A stretch of DNA of 64,000 nt from an uncultured bacterium (GTDB lineage Bacteria; Patescibacteriota; Patescibacteriia; CAIQCM01): NCBI GenBank assembly GCA_963708045.1, contig OY970181.1, positions 67,740 to 131,739 of the forward strand. The letters are read 5' to 3'. A model generated the notes under the pieces. It had not been told where the DNA came from, did no database searches, and saw only the letters and a program-made list of their open reading frames with translations. The translations under genes were made by a program, and so were the position numbers. This document shows positions 29,586 through 38,476 of this stretch, piece after piece (position 1 is the first letter of the stretch; the number at the start of each line of letters is the position of its first letter).

Positions 29586-30743
29586 ATGGCCAAAAGAAAA
29601 CCACCGGAAAAAACTGAACAAGTTGAGCGTGGTGCAGAACCAATGGAGATAAGGGAAGAGGACACAGCAGAAGAAACATTTGAAACACCAGCCGAGTTAA
29701 GACGTGATGCTGTAAGAGAAAGGACAGAGACCGCACTGGGCATTGAAAAAGCAAAAGAAATAATTGAAAAGCACAGAAAAAAATCCAAAAAACCGACGTC
29801 GTCAAAAAACGAACGACTGGGAGATTTTGCCGACCAAGTTAATGAAGAAGGCGGAATAACTCTTACCCCCGAGCAGATGCCGGTTGTTCAAAAATTTTTA
29901 GAAAAAATCAAAACCGAAGATCGTTTTTCTCCCCCATCGCTTGCGATCGGCGGAAAAATTGCGACCGAATACGAAAGCCGGGCGCGCAACTTTAGCACCA
30001 GAACCAGAATTTTAGAACTTCCCGATGGACGAAAAGTTTTTGTAATCAATAATTACCCTCTTTCGGGAATACATCGTGAACTTGACGCCTTAGGAAAATG
30101 GACAGCCGGCGCGCCAATGCGCAAAGCCAAGCATCGCGATTGGAAAAAAGCCTTTGCGGAAAAAAGCAAAATTCCAATAATTGAATGCGACGACCCAAAT
30201 ATTGTCCTTGTCCCATATATTCAAAATATAAATGCTGACGATGTATTTACTTTTAACCACGAAATAAAAAATTTTGGCGAAATGCCGCAAGTCGCAGGCT
30301 ATGGCACTGAAGAAAAGTTGGAACTGGCCGACAAAATTGTGGACGAACTGGCTAAAACCCACACTGGCGGAATCGCCTGGGGCGAGGCAATTCTTGCTAA
30401 TATGATTATCGCAAAAGATGGCCAACCGATAATTGTTGACCCCGAAATCCGTTACAATAAAGACGTTCCGCTTACCGAACAAAAAGCACGCGATCTTCTT
30501 GATTTTATTCAATCACTTGTAAGCGCACTAAGGCGCAGTGAAAAAGACGTTGACATTAACGCGATCGTTCAGCGAATTATTGATCATTATCCTGACGCCG
30601 CCGTTAAAAGTGAACTCCCTGGCATTATAAAAGACAAGTCGCGTTGGATTAGAAAACTCTTGCGACCGATCCATGAACTACCTCGTTTAGGACAAAATAG
30701 TAAGGATTATGAAGCAGTCTTAAATGCCTTGCGAGAAAAATAA
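29586..30743 (+). CDS. Hypothetical protein; a kinase-like fold was considered but is not supported
   Basis: A 385-aa ORF 12 bp after pilB. A segment HTGGIAWGEAILANMIIAKDGQPIIVDPE vaguely resembles a kinase catalytic loop, but the catalytic Asp of the HGD motif is absent. Confidence 0.5.
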   Translation: MAKRKPPEKTEQVERGAEPMEIREEDTAEETFETPAELRRDAVRERTETALGIEKAKEIIEKHRKKSKKPTSSKNERLGDFADQVNEEGGITLTPEQMPVVQKFLEKIKTEDRFSPPSLAIGGKIATEYESRARNFSTRTRILELPDGRKVFVINNYPLSGIHRELDALGKWTAGAPMRKAKHRDWKKAFAEKSKIPIIECDDPNIVLVPYIQNINADDVFTFNHEIKNFGEMPQVAGYGTEEKLELADKIVDELAKTHTGGIAWGEAILANMIIAKDGQPIIVDPEIRYNKDVPLTEQKARDLLDFIQSLVSALRRSEKDVDINAIVQRIIDHYPDAAVKSELPGIIKDKSRWIRKLLRPIHELPRLGQNSKDYEAVLNALREK

Positions 30744-30755
30744 TCTTTTTCAAAA

Positions 30756-30788
30756 TCTGCCCCGATAAATATCGGGGCAGATTTTTAT
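30756..30788 (+). terminator. Rho-independent terminator (ccccgat-NNNN-atcgggg class)
   Basis: tctgccccgataaatatcggggcaga + ttttt. The same loop motif recurs at 37540, 40205, 42870 and 57022. Confidence 0.75.
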
Positions 30789-31268
30789 TTAAAAAAATTA
30801 TCCACTTTTATTTATTACTGGAGGTGAAATAATATAAATAGGCTGTTGTGGTTGTTTTGCACCTTCAAAAAAAGTTCACTAGTCACCCCACCAAACCACA
30901 ACAACTAACAAGGAGAAAAACAATGGGCGGCGGGGGCTTCTGAGCAACAACAACTTTTTATTTCAAGAGAGGAGAGTGTTATGGATTAACGACTTGGAAA
31001 AAATGAAGACTGACGCGCTTGTCAAAATTCATTTTTTCTAAATGCTTAGAGCGTCCGCGTTCAAGAGAATCGGCCAATCAGCCGAACAAAAATTTAGCCA
31101 ACAGGTTAGACCGGTTTACAAAGCAATGACGACAGACGACAAAACGACGCTTGTTAAACTGTCCGAAAAATACTGCTTGCCGTGTCGCCTGAATTGGCAC
31201 TTTAAGCACCAAGGTTACGCGCTACAAGGGGAGAGGAAAAGTCCGACGACTTGCCACTCCCCTTTTCC

Positions 31269-32033
31269 TTATTCACTCGCCAGCCAAGCCAGATTAAAAA
31301 GACCGCGCATTGTTTGCGCAAAAGATTCGTGTTCAATAATCGCCCCAACGATTCCTTTATTATAAGAAAGAAAAGCGACGGTTTTTCCAAAAATGACAAC
31401 TTCCCCTTCAAAGGGGTATTTTTGTTTTGAAACGCGGCGGCGCTCCCACCCGACTTTATTTACCAAATTCTCCAATAGTTTTTTATTAAGCTCGTCCGAG
31501 CAAGTATAAAGAACGCGGCCAGAAACATTATAAAGATTTAAATTTTTATAATGTTCGCGCATATTTTCCGACGGGGCGGCGGCAGAGAAAGCGTCCATAT
31601 CCAAAGCGTTTAAAATCTCTTCGTGACGATTTTTGTAAAGAATTTCGCGCATTACCGCAAGACCATCAACGCCTTCATAATAGCGCACCGCCGGCCGCGC
31701 GGGCGAACCTTTTACGATCGCCTCCAGTTCAGGAAGCGCCGAGGTAAGCTTTTCGCGGCGCGCGACCAAAGTTTCGTTTTCTTTTTCTATTTTAGAAACA
31801 AGCAATGTCGGCGGCTCAGCGCAAAACTGTTTGCTTCCAGCGCGTTCCACGCCACTCATAAGCCCGCGACTCATTAAACTTTCGGCAATTAAATAGGTCG
31901 TACCACGATTAATGCCGGACTTTCGCGCGATCTGCACTGCCGTACCGCCGCCAAGCTCCAGCGAGGCCAAATAAACTTTTGCCTCTTTTTCGGAAAGACC
32001 GGCGCCATGCAGCGCTTCAACAAGTCTCACCAT
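31269..32033 (-). CDS. TrmB-family transcriptional regulator
   Basis: N-terminal wHTH (EKEAKVYLASLELGGGTAVQIARKSGINRGTTY) plus a C-terminal TrmB-like domain. Confidence 0.65.
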   Translation of the reverse strand: MVRLVEALHGAGLSEKEAKVYLASLELGGGTAVQIARKSGINRGTTYLIAESLMSRGLMSGVERAGSKQFCAEPPTLLVSKIEKENETLVARREKLTSALPELEAIVKGSPARPAVRYYEGVDGLAVMREILYKNRHEEILNALDMDAFSAAAPSENMREHYKNLNLYNVSGRVLYTCSDELNKKLLENLVNKVGWERRRVSKQKYPFEGEVVIFGKTVAFLSYNKGIVGAIIEHESFAQTMRGLFNLAWLASE

Positions 32034-32045
32034 ATTTTTTATAAT

Positions 32046-32504
32046 TTAATAAGTCACGATCCGTTCGGTAGAATTTTTTCCGTGATTAAAATTCATCCAA
32101 GCGGCGCGTTTGGGAATTATTTTTTTCACTAAATCAGCCCACTCAATAACCGTTACCGTTTCTGGGTCTTCAAGTTTTTCACCAAGACCAATATTGATGA
32201 GCTCGCGTTCGTTCTTTATGCGATAAGCGTCAACGTGGCAAATAGCACGTAGCACGTGGCTCGTCGCACGTGGTTTTATATTGTAACATTTCATTAAAAG
32301 AAACGTTGGACTTTGGACAACTTGTTTAATGCCCAAAGCTTTTGCCAAACCTTTAACAAACGCAGTTTTTCCGGAACCAAGATCGCCGGTTAATGCCAAA
32401 ACCTCGCCGCCTTTTAAGGTCTTCGCAAACCTCGCCGCAAAAACTTGCATTTCTTTTGGAGATTTTATGATGATTTTTTTATCCATGTTATTTTCTACGT
32501 GCAA
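32046..32504 (-). CDS. tsaE: tRNA threonylcarbamoyladenosine biosynthesis protein TsaE, carrying an in-frame heptamer-repeat insertion (PRATSHVLRAI)
   Basis: P-loop GDLGSGKT. The insert is encoded by cacgtgc/gacgagc/cacgtgc/tacgtgc at 32222-32258. Confidence 0.8.
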   Translation of the reverse strand: MHVENNMDKKIIIKSPKEMQVFAARFAKTLKGGEVLALTGDLGSGKTAFVKGLAKALGIKQVVQSPTFLLMKCYNIKPRATSHVLRAICHVDAYRIKNERELINIGLGEKLEDPETVTVIEWADLVKKIIPKRAAWMNFNHGKNSTERIVTY

Positions 32505-32525
32505 CAGGCAACGTGCTACGCGCTG

Positions 32526-33542
32526 CTAAACCAGCTCCCAATTAGGATCGGCTTTGGCTTTGTTCCATAAAGTAAAATCCTTTTTGGCGGCGTGAAAATA
32601 TCCTGCTGTCCCGATCATCACCGCGTTGTCGGTGGTATATTTTCGCTGCGGCAAACGCAAAGTAATGCCCGGCAATTCTTTAACGCGCGCTTCAAGCGAC
32701 ATTCGTAAAAATTCGTTGGCAATAACTCCCCCGCCCACGATAATCGTTTTGACTTTAAATTTTTTTGCGGCGCGAATCGTTTTCTCTACCAATACTTCAA
32801 CAATCGCCGCTTGCACCGACGCGGCCATATCGTTTTTTAAATTTTTAATCCCCGATTTTGCGTCGCGAACACTATAAAGCACCGCTGTTTTAAGTCCGGC
32901 AAAACTAAATTCAAAATTATCTTCGCTAAGCATTGGCCGCGGCAATTTAAACGCTTGCGGATTCCCTTTTTCCGCGGCTTTGGCAATAGCGGGACCGCCC
33001 GGATAACCAAGGCCAAGCATCTGCGCTGTTTTGTCAAAGCATTCGCCGGCAGCATCGTCGCGTGTTCGCCCGATAAGTTTATATTTTCCGTGTCCGCGGA
33101 GGAGTAAAAGCTCGGTGTGTCCGCCCGAAACAATCAACCCAAGCGCCGGAAACTGCAATTCTTCCTTTTCATTAATAAGCGAAGAATATAAATGACCTTC
33201 AATATGATTAACCCGGACAAGCGGAATATCCCAAGCGTAGGAAAGGGTTTTTGCCGTTTCCAAACCAACCATCAATGACGAAAAAAGCCCCGGCCCTCCG
33301 GTCGCGGCAATAACATCAACTTTTGGTTTTATTTTAAAATCGCCGAGAAGCGTTTTAAGAAGCGGAATAATAACGCCAACATGTTCGCGCGCCGCAATTT
33401 CTGGAACCACCCCGCCGGTTAACGCGTGAATTTTCATCTGGGTTGCAACGAGCGATTCAATTTCTTTAACGCGCCCGCCATTTCCCTCCACCAAAGCAAC
33501 CGCGGTTTCGTCACACGATGTTTCTATCCCCAAAATTCTCAT
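32526..33542 (-). CDS. tsaD: tRNA N6-adenosine threonylcarbamoyltransferase TsaD
   Basis: MRILGIETSCDETAVALV with the Kae1/TsaD metal-binding signatures. Length is 338 aa. Confidence 0.92.
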   Translation of the reverse strand: MRILGIETSCDETAVALVEGNGGRVKEIESLVATQMKIHALTGGVVPEIAAREHVGVIIPLLKTLLGDFKIKPKVDVIAATGGPGLFSSLMVGLETAKTLSYAWDIPLVRVNHIEGHLYSSLINEKEELQFPALGLIVSGGHTELLLLRGHGKYKLIGRTRDDAAGECFDKTAQMLGLGYPGGPAIAKAAEKGNPQAFKLPRPMLSEDNFEFSFAGLKTAVLYSVRDAKSGIKNLKNDMAASVQAAIVEVLVEKTIRAAKKFKVKTIIVGGGVIANEFLRMSLEARVKELPGITLRLPQRKYTTDNAVMIGTAGYFHAAKKDFTLWNKAKADPNWELV

Positions 33543-33675
33543 AATTATTATATTCTATCACAAAATTAAACCACTTAGACAGACACCCCTTTTTCTAAGT
33601 TTATCCGATCGGATAAACTTAGAAAAAAACGAGGCCCGCCCAGGATGAGCAGGGCGGGCCGAGCGAAAGCGGCGG

Positions 33676-33993
33676 CTACTTTTTGTGCGAGATTCGGTAA
33701 CGAAACTCCGCAAACCAGCCTGGAGCGATCGTGCCGATACACAAGGTAATCGGAAACACAAAGGTCCCCACAATTGACGCCGCGAGAAGGATCTTTTCGG
33801 CGCGCGATTTGGGAAGACGTTTTTCGCGCCACATTCTTACCAAGTCGTAGATGACCGAAATGACCACAACAAACACGAACAAGTACAAGACGCCGATAAT
33901 AAACTGAGAAATGAACCTTCTATGCATTTTTAGTCCTTTCCCAAAGGTACGGTTGTCACGCAAAATAATAGCTCCAGCCGCACGTTTTGTCAA
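33676..33993 (-). CDS. Small membrane protein (hypothetical)
   Basis: A 105-aa ORF with two TM helices. The start is uncertain. Confidence 0.45.
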   Translation of the reverse strand: MTKRAAGAIILRDNRTFGKGLKMHRRFISQFIIGVLYLFVFVVVISVIYDLVRMWREKRLPKSRAEKILLAASIVGTFVFPITLCIGTIAPGWFAEFRYRISHKK

Positions 33994-34080
33994 CGGACAG
34001 GACTCGGCCTAATTGCCTTTTTAAAAACGTTGATATAAGATGCGGGCAGCACATTTTATCAACTTTTTGGAGGTTTAACA

Positions 34081-34886
34081 TGCCCGACGAACATCAATTG
34101 ATGCCAATCGGCCGGGCGCGTTTAATCGCCCTCGGCAGCGAAACTGGACGACTTGGCGAACCAACAAAGATGCCTGGTCCCTCTTTCGGCATATCGGCCA
34201 CGCACTGCATACGCGGAAAAGTTCTTGCCGCCGACCCGACGTCCGTCTGCGCCCATTGCTACGCTCTCACCAACTATTATCTGACCAAAGACGAGGTCCT
34301 AATTGCGCACAAACGACGGTTTGCCGGGCTTACGCATCCAGAATGGGTGCCGGCCATGGTGGCGCTAATTTTGCACGAGACCACAAACGAGTTTGGGAAA
34401 TATTTCCGTTGGCACGACTCTGGCGACCTCCAAGGTATTTGGCACCTCTTAAACATCGTCAAGGTCTGCATAGAGACGCCGCGAGTAAGGCACTGGCTTC
34501 CGACCCACGAGCCGAACATGGTCGCTGATTATCTCAAGCTCGTCCATTACGGTGTCCACCCAGCGTTTCCGGAAAACCTCTGCCTTCGTATTAGCGCCGA
34601 CTACATTGGGAAGCCGCCAAAAAAAATCGCAGGTCTGGAAATGATCCCAACGCACACGGCGCATCGCGGACACGGAAAACAATACCGCGTTAAGGTGTCC
34701 GACCGTCTCGGCGATTCGTTTGAGTGCGACTCCTACACGCGCGCCAAAAAAAAGGGCACCGCTGGTTTTTGCGGCGACTGTCGCGCCTGTTGGAACAACC
34801 GCATAAAAAACGTTTCGTTTCCGGTTCACGGAGAAAAATGGGACAAATATCAGCTTAGGTTGTTTCCGCTGTCCCCAACCAGATAA
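34081..34886 (+). CDS. Cys-rich hypothetical protein (CX2C and CX2CX2C motifs), possibly phage-associated family
   Basis: Starts at MPDEHQLMPIG inside ORF 33987..34886. Carries CAHCYA, CGDCRAC and WHDSGD. GC is about 55%. Resemblance to a phage 'gp88-like' family is from memory and unverified. Confidence 0.55.
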
Positions 34887-34976
34887 TGAATTAACCCTCG
34901 CATACGGCCGCCCGGAAAGCGGCCGTATTAAATTTTATAAAAAATAAAGCCGCATCTTCTCCCAAAGATGCGGCGG

Positions 34977-36008
34977 CTAGAATGGAACTTCTTCCTGCTC
35001 CCCTTTGGGAAGCCAAGTTCGCGACGTTGGTTTTGGTTTCTGAATCGGTTGCTGATGAACTTCAATGGTTGAGTAGCGTCCGTTGTGCCTGACCATCCGC
35101 AAATAAGTATCTCCAATGCGCTCGGCTTGATTGGGCAAAACGTTTTCTATGGCTCTTGAAAAAATCGGACTTGGTTCGCCGATCGCTTCAAGAATCCGAT
35201 CCAAACAAAACCGCACGGGACGATGCTTTTTACCCTCACCTTTCCTCATCAACTCAGCCAAGAGCCGCACCCTTTCATGAATGAGCAGCCGGTCAATTGA
35301 CGCCTTGGCAATCGCGGCATTGTGTTGTTTCCAAAAACCATGACTAGTACGCCGCGACAACTTATAGCGTGACATTAGCAAGCCGAGGAAACGAGCCATT
35401 TTTGGAATTTTTTCCTTGGCCAGAGGAGACAGCTCCCATTCGGCCCAAAGCACGTCCGCCATTAAATACTGGTCGGTGTACGGGATTGAGAAACGAATCC
35501 CGTTCGTTACCTCAACGTACGCCCGGCGCGTTTCCACTTTTTTTCTCCGATGAGAAAAGCTCGAGACAGAGGTTAAGATTTTTCTTGGGTTTTCTGGCGT
35601 TCCACATTGCCAGTTAGCCATCCGTGCTTTGGTAAGCTCGCGGATGATCCGAAAAATCTCAGGCGCTACCGCCGTATATTGTTCCAATGTGGGCCAAAAC
35701 CATTTACGGCGCTTTGGTATTTGCCGCGATTCACCGGCGCGATAACTGCCCTTGGTTTTGTTGGCGGCCGCATAAGGACGCCCACGGCTTACGCCAACCT
35801 CAAGCAGAACTGCTTCGTTATAATTACAACCGCCAAAACTTCCCGGACCAATAACGGCAATCACTGAAAGCCCAGAGCGTCCGCGGCGATAATCCACGCG
35901 CAGTTTGTTGCGCTGATCAAGCGTAATCACGACGAGCGCGTTTTCACGAACCCGACAAACGTCGCCTTCAACAAGAAGCGCGACGCGTTTGGAATTTGTC
36001 CAAAGCAT
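34977..36008 (-). CDS. Hypothetical basic protein (343 aa), unknown function
   Basis: A long ORF rich in Arg/Lys. No HUH, DDE, tyrosine/serine-recombinase or RuvC motif was found by eye. Confidence 0.55.
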   Translation of the reverse strand: MLWTNSKRVALLVEGDVCRVRENALVVITLDQRNKLRVDYRRGRSGLSVIAVIGPGSFGGCNYNEAVLLEVGVSRGRPYAAANKTKGSYRAGESRQIPKRRKWFWPTLEQYTAVAPEIFRIIRELTKARMANWQCGTPENPRKILTSVSSFSHRRKKVETRRAYVEVTNGIRFSIPYTDQYLMADVLWAEWELSPLAKEKIPKMARFLGLLMSRYKLSRRTSHGFWKQHNAAIAKASIDRLLIHERVRLLAELMRKGEGKKHRPVRFCLDRILEAIGEPSPIFSRAIENVLPNQAERIGDTYLRMVRHNGRYSTIEVHQQPIQKPKPTSRTWLPKGEQEEVPF

Positions 36009-36078
36009 TTAGAGCCTCCTTGTTGAAATTGGTTTAAAAATTCAAAGACCTGCCCTATTCTTCTCAAAAAAAACGACA

Positions 36079-36108
36079 AAAGTCAACACCTTGACAAAAA
36101 GACCGTTT
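36079..36108 (+). promoter_or_regulatory. Sigma70-like promoter TTGACA -17- TTAGAT upstream of 36144 gene
   Basis: ttgacaaaaagaccgttttgcggttagat, followed by RBS aggagg and ATG. Confidence 0.5.
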
Positions 36109-36143
36109 TGCGGTTAGATAGCAAGTTAGAAAGGAGGATGTCA

Positions 36144-36524
36144 ATGAGATACCACCGCCGGACGCGTATCTTATGCGTCCTCTTCTCAACCGTGCTCACC
36201 GCTCTTTCTGTGTTATTTTTCTTGTTCAGTTATACTACTGGGGCAATCGTTTGCGCGATCATTCCGAATATATTCGTTGCTTACTTTATGTGGATTACCT
36301 TTTCCACATATCGGGAAGCACAGGCTCTAAAAAACGAGTCTGAAAAACGCATCGCTGAAGCCGATGAAGTGACGCAGGCAGCGCTTCGTTCTAGCGCAAC
36401 CTTCCGACTATTGGCCGAGGAACTTCGTCGGGGGAAAAAAGAAACCCACGGACAAGAAACAACACCGCGCCCGCGTCAAGAAACAAAAAAACGTGGGCCT
36501 GGTCAAAACCGCTATGAGAACTAA
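36144..36524 (+). CDS. Small membrane protein (hypothetical)
   Basis: RBS aggagg lies 8 nt before ATG 36144. Two TM helices are followed by a charged tail. Confidence 0.5.
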   Translation: MRYHRRTRILCVLFSTVLTALSVLFFLFSYTTGAIVCAIIPNIFVAYFMWITFSTYREAQALKNESEKRIAEADEVTQAALRSSATFRLLAEELRRGKKETHGQETTPRPRQETKKRGPGQNRYEN

Positions 36525-36680
36525 AACGCGACACCTTTTCGGGGGTGTCGCGTTAAACTTTTTATAGACAAAATTATCGGCGCGTATTGACAAAATTGTA
36601 TTTAAGCGTATTTTACAGTCAAACGAGATCATTTAAAAAAAATCCGTTTGAGCAGGGTACCGCAAGCAAAGGGGGAAGGT

Positions 36681-37067
36681 ATGATTCACGAAGAACATCC
36701 GACCAAAGTTTTGTTCATAGATGAAACAAATGAGCGCGACGGGTCAGATCACCACATCTACAAAGCCGTTCCTTTTGACGCCGATCGCGACGCGCATTTA
36801 GCAAACAAGTTTCTCTACTGGCCAGCATCGGCTTTGTCTAATGGCCAAGCGATCCTCGCCGTCGGCTCATGCGCTAAATCACTCATGAGTCATCCGTTTC
36901 TTCTAGACAGACTCATTCGCCTTGCTATTATTAAGGAGGGGCAAATACCAACTGCCGCCGGGGATTTTAGAGACGGCAAGATCGCGAGTTGGGAAAGCAC
37001 TTGCTTTGAGATTGAGACGCCATGCGAACTAATGCCCGTGATTACCGAAGCACTTGGCCTTGGCTAA
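36681..37067 (+). CDS. Hypothetical protein (about 128 aa)
   Basis: ORF with a promoter-like TTGACA at 36587 and no recognisable family. Confidence 0.45.
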   Translation: MIHEEHPTKVLFIDETNERDGSDHHIYKAVPFDADRDAHLANKFLYWPASALSNGQAILAVGSCAKSLMSHPFLLDRLIRLAIIKEGQIPTAAGDFRDGKIASWESTCFEIETPCELMPVITEALGLG

Positions 37068-37102
37068 ACCAGAGATTCAAAACCCAGACAGGGAGTACTC
37101 AG

Positions 37103-37456
37103 ATGAAACTAGACGATGAAACCTTTGTGCCGTTTATCGGTGGACAGCTTGAAGCCCAAGATCACCGAGGACAATCACTCAAGCGCGGCGAAATTGCGGC
37201 GGTTAATATGACGGGAGATTTGGTCGCAGTAATCTTCAGCCAGTGCGTCCGAATGGAAAACGGGAAGTGGGTTCGCGAACAAAATCTTGTTCATTGTATT
37301 CACACCAACCTTTGCGACGCGAGCGTGATTCCTGGCAGGCGGCTCCTAATTCAACTAACGTCCACAACGGTCAAAACGGCTTCGCACTCAAGCATCTTCT
37401 ATCCCAAGGACTCCGCAATGGGACTGTTTGATTTCAGCTCCGTCGTGGCGTCCTAG
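37103..37456 (+). CDS. Hypothetical protein (117 aa)
   Basis: RBS gggag precedes ATG 37103. The gene is followed by terminator 37540-37575. Confidence 0.45.
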   Translation: MKLDDETFVPFIGGQLEAQDHRGQSLKRGEIAAVNMTGDLVAVIFSQCVRMENGKWVREQNLVHCIHTNLCDASVIPGRRLLIQLTSTTVKTASHSSIFYPKDSAMGLFDFSSVVAS

Positions 37457-37601
37457 TAACCAAGCGCACTCGTGTCTGCCTAACGCAGACGCGACAAAGA
37501 GCACGCTCTTTGCCACCGAGCGCGCTTTTTGTTTTAAACAAATCCCACCCCGATATATATCGGGGTGGGATTTGTTTATTATTTGTTTGCGATTTTATTT
37601 T

Positions 37602-38465
37602 TTACCAGCCTATCTTTGTTTTGTCGTCTTCGTTTGAGGCAATATTTTTAGGCATATTCCTCGCGATATATTTTTGTGATTCATTAAGCTGCGCTTCTTT
37701 TGTTTTTATTTTTTTTGCATTGTCCTTGAGCAAAGACGCAATTACGGCTAATGATTTATCAAGGTCGGCCATTTCGTCGCTGCCTATTTTTATATTTTCG
37801 TCATAATTACCTTCACCGATTTTCTTAATGGATTCGGTTAAACGCTGCATAGGCTCAACCATTTTATTTGCACAAAAACGCGCGTATAAAAAGCTTCCCA
37901 AAACCGCCGCTAAGCACAAAATTAAACCAACCATCTCACTCCAAAATTTTGTTTTTTTAATATCGGCTTGCGCGGTTTCCACGCTTTCTAATTCTTTGAG
38001 GAGCAAGGTGCCGGTATTTTCCCTGACAAAATTATTATCTTGCGCCGCTTTTAAGTAGTAGGAGGTAACTTCGGAAAAATTACCGGCGGAAATATTTTCA
38101 ACGCCACTATTTACTTCGCTAATCACTAGATTAATTGTATTCTTTACGCCCAAATAAACCGTCCAACTAGCGCCATCAGCCAAACTCTTGTCCAATTTTC
38201 CCAAAAGCGTTTGCAGTTTACTTAGGTTGCCCTGAAAAGCCAATACCCTTTCCCGATCGTTGCTGTACTGGATTAAATCGTAAAACGAATTAACCACATC
38301 GGTCGTGTCTTTGCTTAATTGGTATTCCGAAACCATATTATCCGTAATCCGCTGATATTTGTCGGTTACAATAAAGTGGGTGACGACAAAAAATATCTCG
38401 GAGATAAGCAAAAATGAGATTACGGTTAAAAACGCTTTTATGATTTTCTTTTTCATGATCTGCAC
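37602..38465 (-). CDS. Membrane sensor-like protein with periplasmic domain and HAMP domain but no output domain
   Basis: TM1, a periplasmic segment of about 170 aa, TM2, then a HAMP-like MVEPMQRLTESIKKIGEGNYDENIKIGSDEMADL. The protein ends about 50 aa later. Confidence 0.6.
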   Translation of the reverse strand: MQIMKKKIIKAFLTVISFLLISEIFFVVTHFIVTDKYQRITDNMVSEYQLSKDTTDVVNSFYDLIQYSNDRERVLAFQGNLSKLQTLLGKLDKSLADGASWTVYLGVKNTINLVISEVNSGVENISAGNFSEVTSYYLKAAQDNNFVRENTGTLLLKELESVETAQADIKKTKFWSEMVGLILCLAAVLGSFLYARFCANKMVEPMQRLTESIKKIGEGNYDENIKIGSDEMADLDKSLAVIASLLKDNAKKIKTKEAQLNESQKYIARNMPKNIASNEDDKTKIGW

Positions 38466-38476
38466 GAAGAGAGAGT

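Noticed and set aside
31240-31265. 'gaggaaaagtccg' resembling the RNase P RNA P4 strand (GGAAAGUCCGG)
   Set aside because: No other conserved RNase P regions were seen. The locus also has no room for a 350 nt RNA, because the TrmB-family ORF starts 4 bp later on the opposite strand.
31042-31365. 107-aa ORF on plus strand
   Set aside because: A plus-strand intrinsic terminator lies inside it at about 31238-31275, and its 3' part overlaps the TrmB-family gene on the other strand. At most a shorter upstream peptide could be real.
33558-33832. Overlapping minus-strand ORFs 33558..33773 and 33575..33832
   Set aside because: They cover the tsaD promoter and hairpin region (palindrome 33596-33628 and GC hairpin 33640-33668). 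There is no coding evidence.
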